From assembly GCF_003324675.1 (NCBI RefSeq), contig NZ_CP030918.1:2940001-2972000 (forward strand): a stretch of DNA of 32,000 nucleotides, written 5' to 3'. Position 1 is the stretch's first letter; every line of letters begins with the position of its first letter. This DNA is from Paracoccus suum. Its GTDB lineage: Bacteria; Pseudomonadota; Alphaproteobacteria; Rhodobacterales; Rhodobacteraceae. This document shows, piece by piece, positions 8,498 through 17,002 of this stretch. Under the pieces are notes generated by a model. It was not told where the DNA came from. It saw only the letters and a program-made list of their open reading frames with translations, and did no database searches. A program made the translations under genes and the position numbers.

Positions 8498-10711
8498 ATG
8501 TCCAACGACCCCATGGCAGAGATCCGGGCCTCGTTCTTTGTCGAGTGCGAGGATCTGCTCGAAAGCCTGCAGGACGCGCTCGCCGCCATGGAAGGCGGCA
8601 CGGATGACGGCGAGACGGTGCACATCGTCTTTCGCGCGGTCCATTCGATCAAGGGCGGCGCCGGCGCTTTCGGCCTGAACGATCTCGTGGCCTTTGCCCA
8701 CCGGCTCGAGACGGTGCTGGACGAGCTGCGCGCAGGCGGGATCGCCGCCGATGGCGAGACTGTGCGCCTACTCTTTCAGGCAGCCGACGTGCTGCAGGAC
8801 CAAGTTCACGCGGCGCGCGACGATACGCCGCCTCCAGAGGGTTCCGAGGCCACCCTGCTCGCTCTCGAGGCGCTGACTGGCAGTATCCCCAGTGAGGAAG
8901 AGCCCGCCGCACTGGACTTTCAGCCGATGGGCCTTAGCTTCGATTTCGGTAGTTTCGACGGCGAGACTGATAGCGGGTCTGAAGTCGCGCAGACCTCCGG
9001 CACTTCCGCGATCGGAAACGAAGACGGGGGCGAAGCTACGACCTTGCCAACTGCCGAGGCGCCCTCGGCCGAGACTGGCCAGAGCGCCTGGCGCCTGCAC
9101 CTGACGCCCCGCCCCGGCCTTTACACCAGCGGTAACGAAGTTGCCCATCTGCTGCGCTCGCTCTCGCTCATGGGCGAAGCTTTTGTCACCTGTCAGGTCC
9201 CGCATGACCTGGAGCTCGCCGAGAGCTGCGCCGAAATTCCTCGCCTCTCATGGATCGTCGGGCTTGTCGGCGACATCACTCGCGCCGAACTCGACGAGGT
9301 CTTTGATTTCGTCACCGACGTCTGCGACATCGAAATCGCCGCGACCACGCCCGGAGCGCTCCGGTCCCTGCGGCCGGCGAGGAACGCGAGCTCGCCCAGC
9401 GCGGCGGACAACACAAACGCTACCGCCCAAACCCCCGTCACTGCACCGGCCCTGAAACTCGTCCAATTCCCCGATGCGACCTTGGCGGTCCCGGCCGAAA
9501 AACCATCCGCGGAGTTCAACCCCGCAACTGTCCGCGTTGACCTCGAAAAAATCGACCGCTTGGTGAACCTCGTGGGCGAATTGGTCATCAACCAGGCCAT
9601 GCTATCGCAAAGCGTGACCACGGCCGGCCTCGCGAGCCCTGAGGTAACCGCCGGCCTCGAAGCCTTCATGACACTGACCCGCGATATTCAGGACGGCGTC
9701 ATGTCCGTGCGCGCGCAGCCGGTCAAACCGCTGTTCCAGCGCATGGCGCGGATCGTCCGCGAGGCGTCGTCAATGGTCGGCAAACAGGTCCGCCTGAAAA
9801 TCGAAGGCGAGGGGACCGAGGTCGACAAGACGATGATCGAGCGCCTGGCTGACCCTCTGACCCACATGATCCGAAACGCAGTCGATCATGGGCTGGAACC
9901 GCCCGAGATCCGCCTCGCCGCCGGCAAGCCGCGCGAGGGCCAAATCACCCTCGCCGCGTACCATCGCGCCGGGCGGATCATGATCGAGGTTTCGGACGAT
10001 GGCGCCGGGATCAACCGCCCCAAAGTCCAGTCGATCGCGGCAGAAAAAGGCCTGATTCCGGAAGGAGCCCTGCTGGGCGACGCTGAGGTCGACAACCTGC
10101 TGTTCCTGCCCGGCTTTTCCACCGCCGACAAAGTGTCCGCCCTGTCGGGACGAGGGGTTGGGATGGACGTCGTGAAAAGCGCGATCATGGCGCTGGGCGG
10201 CCGTATTTCCATCACCAGCGAGTGGGGCCGGGGCACGACCCTGTCGATTTCGTTGCCGCTAACGCTCGCGGTCCTCGACGGCATGGTCGTGAAGGCCGCT
10301 GGCCAGACCTTCGTCATTCCCCTCTCGGCCATTGTCGAAACGGCGAAGCTTTCCGCGGACGCGATCAAACGGGTCGGCGGGCAGAGCGAGTTGTTGCACA
10401 TGCGCGGCAATCTGTTTCCGCTGGTGGACCTGGCCTCCCGGCTCGGCTTTCGCGCGCCGGGCGACGTCAATCGCAATGGCATCGTGTTGCTCACTGGCCT
10501 GGACGACGGCGGCTATGCCGCCCTGATCGTCGACGACGTCATGGAGCAGCGCCAGGTCGTGATCAAAGGCTTGGGCGCGCTATTTGGCCCGATGCCCGGC
10601 GTGGCTGGCGCGACGATCTTGGGCGACGGACAGATCGCCCTGATCCTCGACCCCGCGGACCTCACCCCGAAACCGCGCAGTCAGCGCGCCGACATCGCCC
10701 TTGCAGGATAA
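8498..10711 (+). CDS. cheA: Chemotaxis histidine kinase CheA
   Basis: The domains are P1 Hpt (FRAVHSIKGGAGAFG), an acidic linker plus a P2-like domain, P3 (VRVDLEKIDRLVNLVGELVI), the P4 HATPase (HMIRNAVDHG, DDGAGI, GRGVGMDVV) and a P5 CheW-like domain. GAGGAAGGGGA lies upstream of the ATG. Confidence 0.95.
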   Translation: MSNDPMAEIRASFFVECEDLLESLQDALAAMEGGTDDGETVHIVFRAVHSIKGGAGAFGLNDLVAFAHRLETVLDELRAGGIAADGETVRLLFQAADVLQDQVHAARDDTPPPEGSEATLLALEALTGSIPSEEEPAALDFQPMGLSFDFGSFDGETDSGSEVAQTSGTSAIGNEDGGEATTLPTAEAPSAETGQSAWRLHLTPRPGLYTSGNEVAHLLRSLSLMGEAFVTCQVPHDLELAESCAEIPRLSWIVGLVGDITRAELDEVFDFVTDVCDIEIAATTPGALRSLRPARNASSPSAADNTNATAQTPVTAPALKLVQFPDATLAVPAEKPSAEFNPATVRVDLEKIDRLVNLVGELVINQAMLSQSVTTAGLASPEVTAGLEAFMTLTRDIQDGVMSVRAQPVKPLFQRMARIVREASSMVGKQVRLKIEGEGTEVDKTMIERLADPLTHMIRNAVDHGLEPPEIRLAAGKPREGQITLAAYHRAGRIMIEVSDDGAGINRPKVQSIAAEKGLIPEGALLGDAEVDNLLFLPGFSTADKVSALSGRGVGMDVVKSAIMALGGRISITSEWGRGTTLSISLPLTLAVLDGMVVKAAGQTFVIPLSAIVETAKLSADAIKRVGGQSELLHMRGNLFPLVDLASRLGFRAPGDVNRNGIVLLTGLDDGGYAALIVDDVMEQRQVVIKGLGALFGPMPGVAGATILGDGQIALILDPADLTPKPRSQRADIALAG

Positions 10712-10716
10712 ACCCC

Positions 10717-11184
10717 ATGACCGACGAAACCACTGGCCGCAGCGCCGATGATGCAGAGCTGCTCTCGTTCCGCCTTGGCGATCAGGAATACTGCGTCGAC
10801 ATCATGTCCGTGCGCGAGATCCGCGGCTGGACCCAAGCGACCCCCCTGCCCTATGCGCCGCCACATGTGAAAGGCGTCATCAACCTGCGCGGGGCCGTCT
10901 TGCCGGTGATCGACCTTTCGCTGCGCCTCGGGATGGACGACATCTGTGGCGGTGATCGCAATGTCATCGTGGTGGTGCAGGTGGATGGGGTCAGCGCCGG
11001 CCTGCTGGTCGACGCGGTCTCTGACATCCTCGCCATCCCAATCAGCGAGTTGCAGCCGCCGCCAGACCTCGGCGACGACCTGACCGCCAGCTACATTCGC
11101 GCCCTGACCTTGGTCGACGGACAGTTGGTACGCGTGCTGAACCTGACGGCCGTGATGCCGAACGACCGCACCCGGGCCGCATGA
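10717..11184 (+). CDS. cheW: Chemotaxis coupling protein CheW
   Basis: LLSFRLGDQEYCVDIMSVREIRGW...PHVKGVINLRGAVLPVIDL. ATG 10717 lies 5 nt after the cheA stop, and the stop overlaps the cheR ATG. Confidence 0.9.
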   Translation: MTDETTGRSADDAELLSFRLGDQEYCVDIMSVREIRGWTQATPLPYAPPHVKGVINLRGAVLPVIDLSLRLGMDDICGGDRNVIVVVQVDGVSAGLLVDAVSDILAIPISELQPPPDLGDDLTASYIRALTLVDGQLVRVLNLTAVMPNDRTRAA

Positions 11185-12032
11185 GCGCGATGCCCGGCCA
11201 TGCCGCAGACCCCACCGGTGAGGTCAAGGGAAGCACCCTGGAAAGGGTGCGTGCCCTGATCCTGGACGCTTCGGGCATAGTCCTAGGCGACAACAAGGCC
11301 AGCATGGTCCGGGCCCGTCTGTCCAAACGGCTCGCGGCGACCGGCCACGGCTGCATCGAGGCCTACCTCGATTTCGTCGAACGGGCGGACGACGGCACCG
11401 AGCGTAACAATCTGGTCTCGGCCATGACCACGAACGTGACCCATTTCTTCCGTGAGGCGCACCACTTTGACCAGCTACGGCGCATCGGGCTTGACGCCCG
11501 AGCAACCGGGCAAAAGCTGAATATCTGGTCAGCAGGTTGCTCCAGCGGGCAGGAGCCTTTTTCGATCGCGATGACACTCGCCGATGCGGGCTTTCCACCC
11601 CGCGATGTGCGAATTCTGGCTACAGACATCGATAGCCACATCCTGGCACTCGCCAGTCGCGCGATCTATCCTCGCCGAGAAATCCAGGCAATCCCACCGG
11701 GCCATCGCGCCAAGAGTGTCCTCGTCGAGGGCGAGGACGCAAGAATCGCCCCGGTCCTTCGCTCCATGGTCGACTTCAGGCTGACGAACCTTGTGGGCGA
11801 TTGGTCCTTTTCCACACCGTTCGATGTCATCTTTTGCCGAAATGTGGCGATTTATTTTGACCCACCGACGCAAGCGCAACTCTGGTCGCGAATGGTCGGG
11901 GCGCTCCGTCCCGGGGGATGGCTGTTCGTCGGCCATTCCGAACGGTTGCCGGACCGGCTTTTGACCCAGGTCCGCTACGCCGGGCAAACGACCTACAAGA
12001 AGATCAAAGCCGAAGGCGGGACCGCAAGATGA
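11181..12032 (+). CDS. cheR: Chemotaxis protein methyltransferase CheR
   Basis: TNVTHFFREAHHF and the SAM-binding motif IWSAGCSSGQEPFSIAM, plus FDVIFCRNVAIYFD. There is an ATGA overlap at both ends. Confidence 0.9.
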   Translation: MSAMPGHAADPTGEVKGSTLERVRALILDASGIVLGDNKASMVRARLSKRLAATGHGCIEAYLDFVERADDGTERNNLVSAMTTNVTHFFREAHHFDQLRRIGLDARATGQKLNIWSAGCSSGQEPFSIAMTLADAGFPPRDVRILATDIDSHILALASRAIYPRREIQAIPPGHRAKSVLVEGEDARIAPVLRSMVDFRLTNLVGDWSFSTPFDVIFCRNVAIYFDPPTQAQLWSRMVGALRPGGWLFVGHSERLPDRLLTQVRYAGQTTYKKIKAEGGTAR

Positions 12033-12415
12033 GCACCAAGGACCAGATTCATATTCTCGTGGTTGACGATATGTCGACCAGCCGCGGCTTGATTATCCAG
12101 GCCCTTGAGTCGATGGGGATCGCAAACGTCCACCATGCCGCAGATGGCGGCGCCGCGCTGACGACCATGGCATCGCGGCCGGTTCATCTGGTCCTCTCGG
12201 ACTTCAACATGCCGGGCATGGACGGCCTGACGCTGCTCAAGGAAATTCGCACCAATCCCAAAACCAGGGGCGCCGGTTTCATCTTGATCACTGGTCGTGC
12301 CGACAAGGAAATGATCGACAGCGGACGCGCGCTCGGGATGAACAACTTCATCAAGAAACCTTTTACCCCGGTCGAGTTGAGGGCCTGCCTCGAAGCGGTC
12401 GTGGGGCGCCTGTGA
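12029..12415 (+). CDS. cheY: Chemotaxis response regulator CheY (second copy)
   Basis: ILVVDDMSTSR, LVLSDFNMPGMDG, ILITG and FIKKPF. ATG 12029 overlaps the cheR stop. Confidence 0.9.
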   Translation: MSTKDQIHILVVDDMSTSRGLIIQALESMGIANVHHAADGGAALTTMASRPVHLVLSDFNMPGMDGLTLLKEIRTNPKTRGAGFILITGRADKEMIDSGRALGMNNFIKKPFTPVELRACLEAVVGRL

Positions 12416-12768
12416 GGAAAGCGCTGCCCTTGGGCGAGTTGTTGGCGAACCTCGAGGTTGAACTGGGCGGGCTCGCGCGGCGATGCCGTTCGCTCGAGGA
12501 TACGGCGGCGATCGCAGCCGGGCAGTCGCAGGGTGATCCGATGGAACAGTCCCGGCTGGTTGTCGCCTTTCAGGAGTTGGATCTGCTGACACAGTCTCTT
12601 GGCGATCTGGCGCGGCTCGCCGGTGCTGCTGGAGGCAGCGGCTTGGCAAGGTTTCCGGTCGATACCGACATGGTCCGGCACAGCCTGCGCCTGACCGGAT
12701 TGGCCGAACGGCTGCTCGGCCAGCCGCAGAACCAAGACGACCCACCCGGGCTCGAACTTTTTCTTTGA
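12412..12768 (+). CDS. Small helical che-operon protein (118 aa); candidate CheZ/CheT-like CheY-P phosphatase, otherwise hypothetical
   Basis: GTG 12412 overlaps the cheY stop (GTGA), which suggests translational coupling. The composition is amphipathic and helical. There is a FQELDLLTQ segment containing D-x-x-x-Q (12580-12594), and the C-terminus is acidic then hydrophobic (QNQDDPPGLELFL). I recognise no family with certainty. Confidence 0.45.
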   Translation: MRKALPLGELLANLEVELGGLARRCRSLEDTAAIAAGQSQGDPMEQSRLVVAFQELDLLTQSLGDLARLAGAAGGSGLARFPVDTDMVRHSLRLTGLAERLLGQPQNQDDPPGLELFL

Positions 12769-13022
12769 TTCGGAAGAAGAAATGCGTCCATCGACCAACG
12801 ACACAAGCGAGCCGCCCTGCTTTCACCGCGCCTGCACCGTCCCCGCTTAAATCCCCAGCCAGATCGCCCTGCCCCACGCTGACTTACCCAACACTCTGCC
12901 TTTGCCTCCGGTCGATCCGCCGCCAGCGCGCGGCTGGCATTGCCCCACACTCGACGCATCGCTAGCTTGCCGCCCAATTGCCCGTCGCATCGCCGACGGG
13001 ACCACCTTTCGGAGGCATCGCC

Positions 13023-14396
13023 ATGAACAGTCCCGCCACGCCGCAAAGCTGGGAGCAGCGCGCCGACGAATACTCGCTCTACGGCTTCACCGACCTGCCC
13101 AGCGTGGCGCAGCGGGGTACGGTGGTGGTGACCCATGGCGAGGGTCCGTACATCGTCGATGTGCACGGCAAGCGCTATCTGGATGCCAATTCCGGTCTGT
13201 GGAACATGGTCGCCGGTTTTGACCATCGCGGCCTGATCGAGGCCGCCAAGGCGCAGTACGAGCGCTTCCCCGGCTATCACAGCTTTTTCGGACGGATGTC
13301 CGACCAGACTGTCATGCTCTCCGAAAAGCTGGTCGAGGTCAGCCCGTTCTCCCGCGGCAAAGTGTTCTACACGAACTCGGGCTCCGAGGCGAACGACACC
13401 ATGGTGAAGATGCTGTGGTTCCTGCATCGGGCCGAGGGCAACCCGAACCGGCGCAAGATCCTGACCCGCTGGAACGCCTACCACGGCGTGACCGCGGTCA
13501 GCGCCTCCATGACCGGCAAGCCATATAACGAGGTCTTTGGCCTGCCGCTGCCCGGCTTTATCCACCTCGGCTGCCCGCATTACTGGCGCTTTGGCGAGGC
13601 CGGCGAGACCGAGGAGCAGTTCGTCGCCCGCCTCGCACGCGAACTGGAGGAGGTCATCCTCCGTGAGGGCGCCGACACCATAGCCGGCTTCTTCGCCGAG
13701 CCGGTGATGGGCGCCGGCGGCGTCATCCCGCCGGCCAAGGGCTATTTCCAGGCCATCCAACCGATCCTGAAAAAGCACGGCATCCCGTTCATCTCGGACG
13801 AGGTTATCTGCGGCTTCGGCCGGACCGGCAGCACCTGGGGCTGCGAGACCTACGGCTTTGTCCCCGACGCCATTATCTCCAGCAAGAACCTGACCGCCGG
13901 CTTCTTCCCGATGGGCGCCGTGATCCTGGGGCCGGAACTGAGCGACCGCCTCGACGCGGCCATCGCCCCGATCGAGGAATTTCCGCACGGGTTCACCGCC
14001 TCGGGCCATCCGGTCGGCTGCGCCATCGCGCGCAAGGCCATCGACGTGGTGATGAATGAGGGCCTCGCCCAGAACGTTATCGACAAGGCCCCGCGCATGG
14101 AGGCGGGGCTGCGCGCGATCATGGACCGGCACGAAAATATCGGCGAGTTGCGCGGCATCGGCTATATGTGGGCACTGGAGGCGGTGCGCGACAAAGCGAC
14201 CAAGACGCCCTTCGACAGCAGCCTTTCGGTCAGCGAACGCATTGCCAATGCCTCGACCGACGAGGGGCTGATCTGCCGTCCGCTGGGGCAGGCCATCGTG
14301 CTCTGCCCGCCGTTCATCCTGACCGACGCGCAGATGGACGAAATGCTGGAAAAGCTGGACCGGGCCCTGACCAAGGTCTTTGCAGAGGTCGCCTGA
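13023..14396 (+). CDS. Class-III PLP aminotransferase, omega-amine:pyruvate transaminase type
   Basis: YSLYGFTDLPSVAQRGTVVVTHGEGPYIVDVHGKRYLDANSGLWNMVAGFDH, ISDEVICGFGRTG, and the PLP-Lys context AIISSKNLTAGFFPMG. From memory it is near-colinear with the Paracoccus denitrificans and Vibrio fluvialis omega-transaminases. ATG 13023 with GGAGG 7 nt upstream (the ORF-track start 12978 was trimmed). Confidence 0.9.
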   Translation: MNSPATPQSWEQRADEYSLYGFTDLPSVAQRGTVVVTHGEGPYIVDVHGKRYLDANSGLWNMVAGFDHRGLIEAAKAQYERFPGYHSFFGRMSDQTVMLSEKLVEVSPFSRGKVFYTNSGSEANDTMVKMLWFLHRAEGNPNRRKILTRWNAYHGVTAVSASMTGKPYNEVFGLPLPGFIHLGCPHYWRFGEAGETEEQFVARLARELEEVILREGADTIAGFFAEPVMGAGGVIPPAKGYFQAIQPILKKHGIPFISDEVICGFGRTGSTWGCETYGFVPDAIISSKNLTAGFFPMGAVILGPELSDRLDAAIAPIEEFPHGFTASGHPVGCAIARKAIDVVMNEGLAQNVIDKAPRMEAGLRAIMDRHENIGELRGIGYMWALEAVRDKATKTPFDSSLSVSERIANASTDEGLICRPLGQAIVLCPPFILTDAQMDEMLEKLDRALTKVFAEVA

Positions 14397-14489
14397 ACGG
14401 GCGCGGCAGGTCCCGGCCTCGGGTCTTGCCGCTGCCGCATCCTTCGGCCATGGGTGACGCCAATGCGCGATTTTCCATGAGGCAGACCC

Positions 14490-15980
14490 GTGGCCGCTGA
14501 CCTGTTCCTCGGCATCGATATCGGAACATTCGAGACCAAGGGCTGCGTGACTGACGCCCAAGGCAACATCCTTGCCTATGCCGCGCATGCGCACCGCATG
14601 CTGGTGCCGCAACCCGGTTGGGCCGAGCATCGTCCGAACGAGGACTGGTGGGCAGATGTGGTCCACGTCAGCCGAGCCTTGCTCGATCAGGGAATCGATC
14701 CGGTGCGGATCGCGGCGGTCGCGACCTCGGCCATCGGGCCTTGCATGCTGCCCGTGGATGCCGACGGACGGCCGCTGATGAACGCCGCGCTCTACGGCGT
14801 CGATACCCGCAGCCTTGCCGAGATCGAGCTGTTGAATGCCGAGCTTGGGCATGACGCCATCATGGCGTTGGGCGGCAACCCACTTTCGGTCCAGCAGGTG
14901 GGACCAAAGATCCTCTGGCTGCGCCGCCAACGGCCTGAGATCTTTGCCAAGACCGCCCGTATCCTGACCTCGACCAGCTACGTGGTGCAGCGCCTGACCG
15001 GCCAGCAGGTCATGGATCACTTCACCGCCGCCAGCTTTGCGCCGCTCTATGATCTGGCGGCGCGGGACTGGACCCAGTCCCTGGGCGACCGGATCATCGC
15101 CCCCGAGGCCCTGCCCCGTCTCGGCTGGTCGAGTGAAATTGCCGGCACCATCACCGCTGCCGCGGCGGCGGAGACTGGGCTGCGTGCCGGCACGCCGGTC
15201 ACGATCGGCACCATCGACGCCGCTGCCGAGGCGATCAGTGTCGGCGTAACTGACCCCGGCCAATTGATGCTGATGTACGGCAGCTCGCTCTTCTGCATTG
15301 CCCTGACCGAAGGGCCCCTGCCGCAACCGGGCCTGTGGACCGCGCCCTGGCTGTTCCCGGGAGGGGGCCATGCGTCCATGGCGGGGCTGCCGACCGGGGG
15401 CACGCTGACGCACTGGATGCGCGATCAGATCGCGCGCGAATTGCCGCGCGACGATGCTTTCGCGCTGCTGGCCGCCGAGGCTGCAACCTCGATACCGGGC
15501 GCGAACGGCCTGATCTCGCTGCCCTACTTCTCGGGCACCGGCGCGCCTCTGTTCGACGCCACGGCACGCGGGGCCTTGTTCGGGTTGAACCTCACACACA
15601 CACGTGCCGATATCGCCCGCGCTGTGCTGGAAGGCATCGCAATGGCCGTGCGCCTGATCATCGAGACCTGGCGCGAGGCTGGCGTGCCGGTCCCGGTCGC
15701 CCGCGCCGTCGGCGGCGGGATCAAGAATCGCCTATGGCTGGAGGGCGTGACGGACTATGGCCGTATTACTCAGCAACTGAGCGCCCGCACGCCCGGCGCC
15801 TCGTATGGCGACGCCTTCCTCGCGGCGCTTGCGGTCGGCGCTGTCGGGCCCTCTGATATCGCCAAGTGGAACCCGGTCGAGGGCGAGGTGGCGCCCAATA
15901 CGCAGCCGATCCATGACGAGCAGTATCGACAGTTCCGAGCCCTCTACGAGGCGACAAAGGGGATTGCGGCGCAGCTTTGA
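14490..15980 (+). CDS. FGGY-family carbohydrate kinase (xylulokinase/ribulokinase-like)
   Basis: The N-terminal motif is LGIDIGTFETKG, followed by GWAEHRPNEDWW and a C-terminal FGGY region (GLISLPYFSGTGAP, ILEGIAMAVR, AVGGGIKNRLW). GTG start. Confidence 0.85.
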   Translation: MAADLFLGIDIGTFETKGCVTDAQGNILAYAAHAHRMLVPQPGWAEHRPNEDWWADVVHVSRALLDQGIDPVRIAAVATSAIGPCMLPVDADGRPLMNAALYGVDTRSLAEIELLNAELGHDAIMALGGNPLSVQQVGPKILWLRRQRPEIFAKTARILTSTSYVVQRLTGQQVMDHFTAASFAPLYDLAARDWTQSLGDRIIAPEALPRLGWSSEIAGTITAAAAAETGLRAGTPVTIGTIDAAAEAISVGVTDPGQLMLMYGSSLFCIALTEGPLPQPGLWTAPWLFPGGGHASMAGLPTGGTLTHWMRDQIARELPRDDAFALLAAEAATSIPGANGLISLPYFSGTGAPLFDATARGALFGLNLTHTRADIARAVLEGIAMAVRLIIETWREAGVPVPVARAVGGGIKNRLWLEGVTDYGRITQQLSARTPGASYGDAFLAALAVGAVGPSDIAKWNPVEGEVAPNTQPIHDEQYRQFRALYEATKGIAAQL

Positions 15981-16098
15981 CGCCGCTTCTCTGGCCAGCC
16001 ACCTAACCCTGACGGAAGGCCGCTTTACTGCGGAACGTCATACCTGCCCGGGCGTTCCCTCCTGCACCTAAGCGGCATCGCCGCCTTCACCGCAGGAG

Positions 16099-16917
16099 AT
16101 GACCACCATGGCTACATCCCAAAATCCCGCCCTCTCGTTGCCACCTGCCCTTGTCCTGCCCTACGCGCGGGGCGCGTTGGCTACCCTGGCGCTCGCCACT
16201 GCGTTGGTCATCGCGGCGCCCATGGCCTTTGCGCAGACCGCGCCCGCGGCTGCGCCAGCCACCCCCACCCCCGCGGCGGCTCCTGCAGATCCTGCAACGC
16301 CCCCCGCAACAGCCCCGGCCGCGACGCCTCCCGCCGCAGCGCCGGCTGCGGCCCCGGCGACCTCTGCCGCGCCGATGCCAAAGCCGGCCGGTGGGGGCTC
16401 CACTGCCGAGGCACCCGCAGCAAAGCCCGCCGAGCCAGTGGTAGCACCGGCCGCGGAAAGCACTGATGCGATGGCGCACAGTGTCGCCGAGGTCTCGAAC
16501 GCCGAGGGTAAGCCGCTCGGCTCGGTCCGTATCGCGGACACGGCATCTGGCGAGTTGCATGTCATCGTGGACCTGAAGGACCTGCCGCCCGGCGGTGTTC
16601 ATGCGATCCACATCCACGAGTTCGGCAAATGCGAGCCGCCGACCTTCGAGAGCGCGGGCGGACATCTTGCTGGCGGCAAGAAGCACGGCGCCATGGATCC
16701 GGGCGGCCAACACCAGGGCGATCTGCCCAACGTCACGGTAGCGGCAGACGGCACCGCGAAGGTCGAATTCTTTACCAATGGCGTCAAGGTCGCGGACGTC
16801 ACCGACGCTGATGGCGGCGCCATCGTCGTTCACGCCAAACCCGACGACTACACCAGCCAACCCTCGGGCGCGGCCGGTGACCGGATCGCCTGCGGCGTGT
16901 TCGCGGCGGCCAAGTAA
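16099..16917 (+). CDS. sodC: Periplasmic Cu,Zn superoxide dismutase with a long Ala/Pro-rich N-terminal spacer
   Basis: A signal peptide (..[11 protein letters not shown]) is followed by a ~78-aa PA-rich segment and then the SodC core with metal ligands ([52 protein letters not shown]). ATG 16108 is better spaced from AGGAG (16094-16098) than ATG 16099. Confidence 0.9.
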   Translation: MTTMATSQNPALSLPPALVLPYARGALATLALATALVIAAPMAFAQTAPAAAPATPTPAAAPADPATPPATAPAATPPAAAPAAAPATSAAPMPKPAGGGSTAEAPAAKPAEPVVAPAAESTDAMAHSVAEVSNAEGKPLGSVRIADTASGELHVIVDLKDLPPGGVHAIHIHEFGKCEPPTFESAGGHLAGGKKHGAMDPGGQHQGDLPNVTVAADGTAKVEFFTNGVKVADVTDADGGAIVVHAKPDDYTSQPSGAAGDRIACGVFAAAK

Positions 16918-16919
16918 CC

Positions 16920-16952
16920 GCAAGGGGCGCCGCACGGGATGCGGCGCCCCTT
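16920..16952 (+). terminator. sodC terminator hairpin
   Basis: A perfect 14-bp stem CAAGGGGCGCCGCA-cggga-TGCGGCGCCCCTTG begins 3 nt after the sodC stop. Confidence 0.7.
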
Positions 16953-17002
16953 GTATCCCCCGGCCGAGATGCCAGATTCCCACCGGAACAAAGGGGATAC
17001 CC

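Noticed and set aside
12570-15599. A 1009-aa minus-strand ORF spanning the end of the che operon, the aminotransferase and most of the FGGY kinase
   Set aside because: It lies antisense to two genes whose plus-strand products have clear family signatures. Its own product is Arg/Gly/Ala/Pro-rich with no recognisable motif. It also runs through intergenic DNA. It is a typical stop-codon-poor antisense frame of high-GC genomes.
16230-16480. A repetitive-looking GCx/CCx DNA tract (also at 20316-20465 and 20988-21248) as a possible tandem repeat, VNTR or CRISPR-like array
   Set aside because: There is no exact repeat unit or spacer periodicity. The tracts are in frame within ORFs and encode low-complexity Ala/Pro linkers.
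16778-17002. The ORF-track extension of uvrB upstream to 16778 (overlapping sodC and its terminator)
   Set aside because: The extension runs through the end of sodC and a 14-bp terminator hairpin. The conserved UvrB N-terminus begins just after GTG 17003, which has a good RBS.
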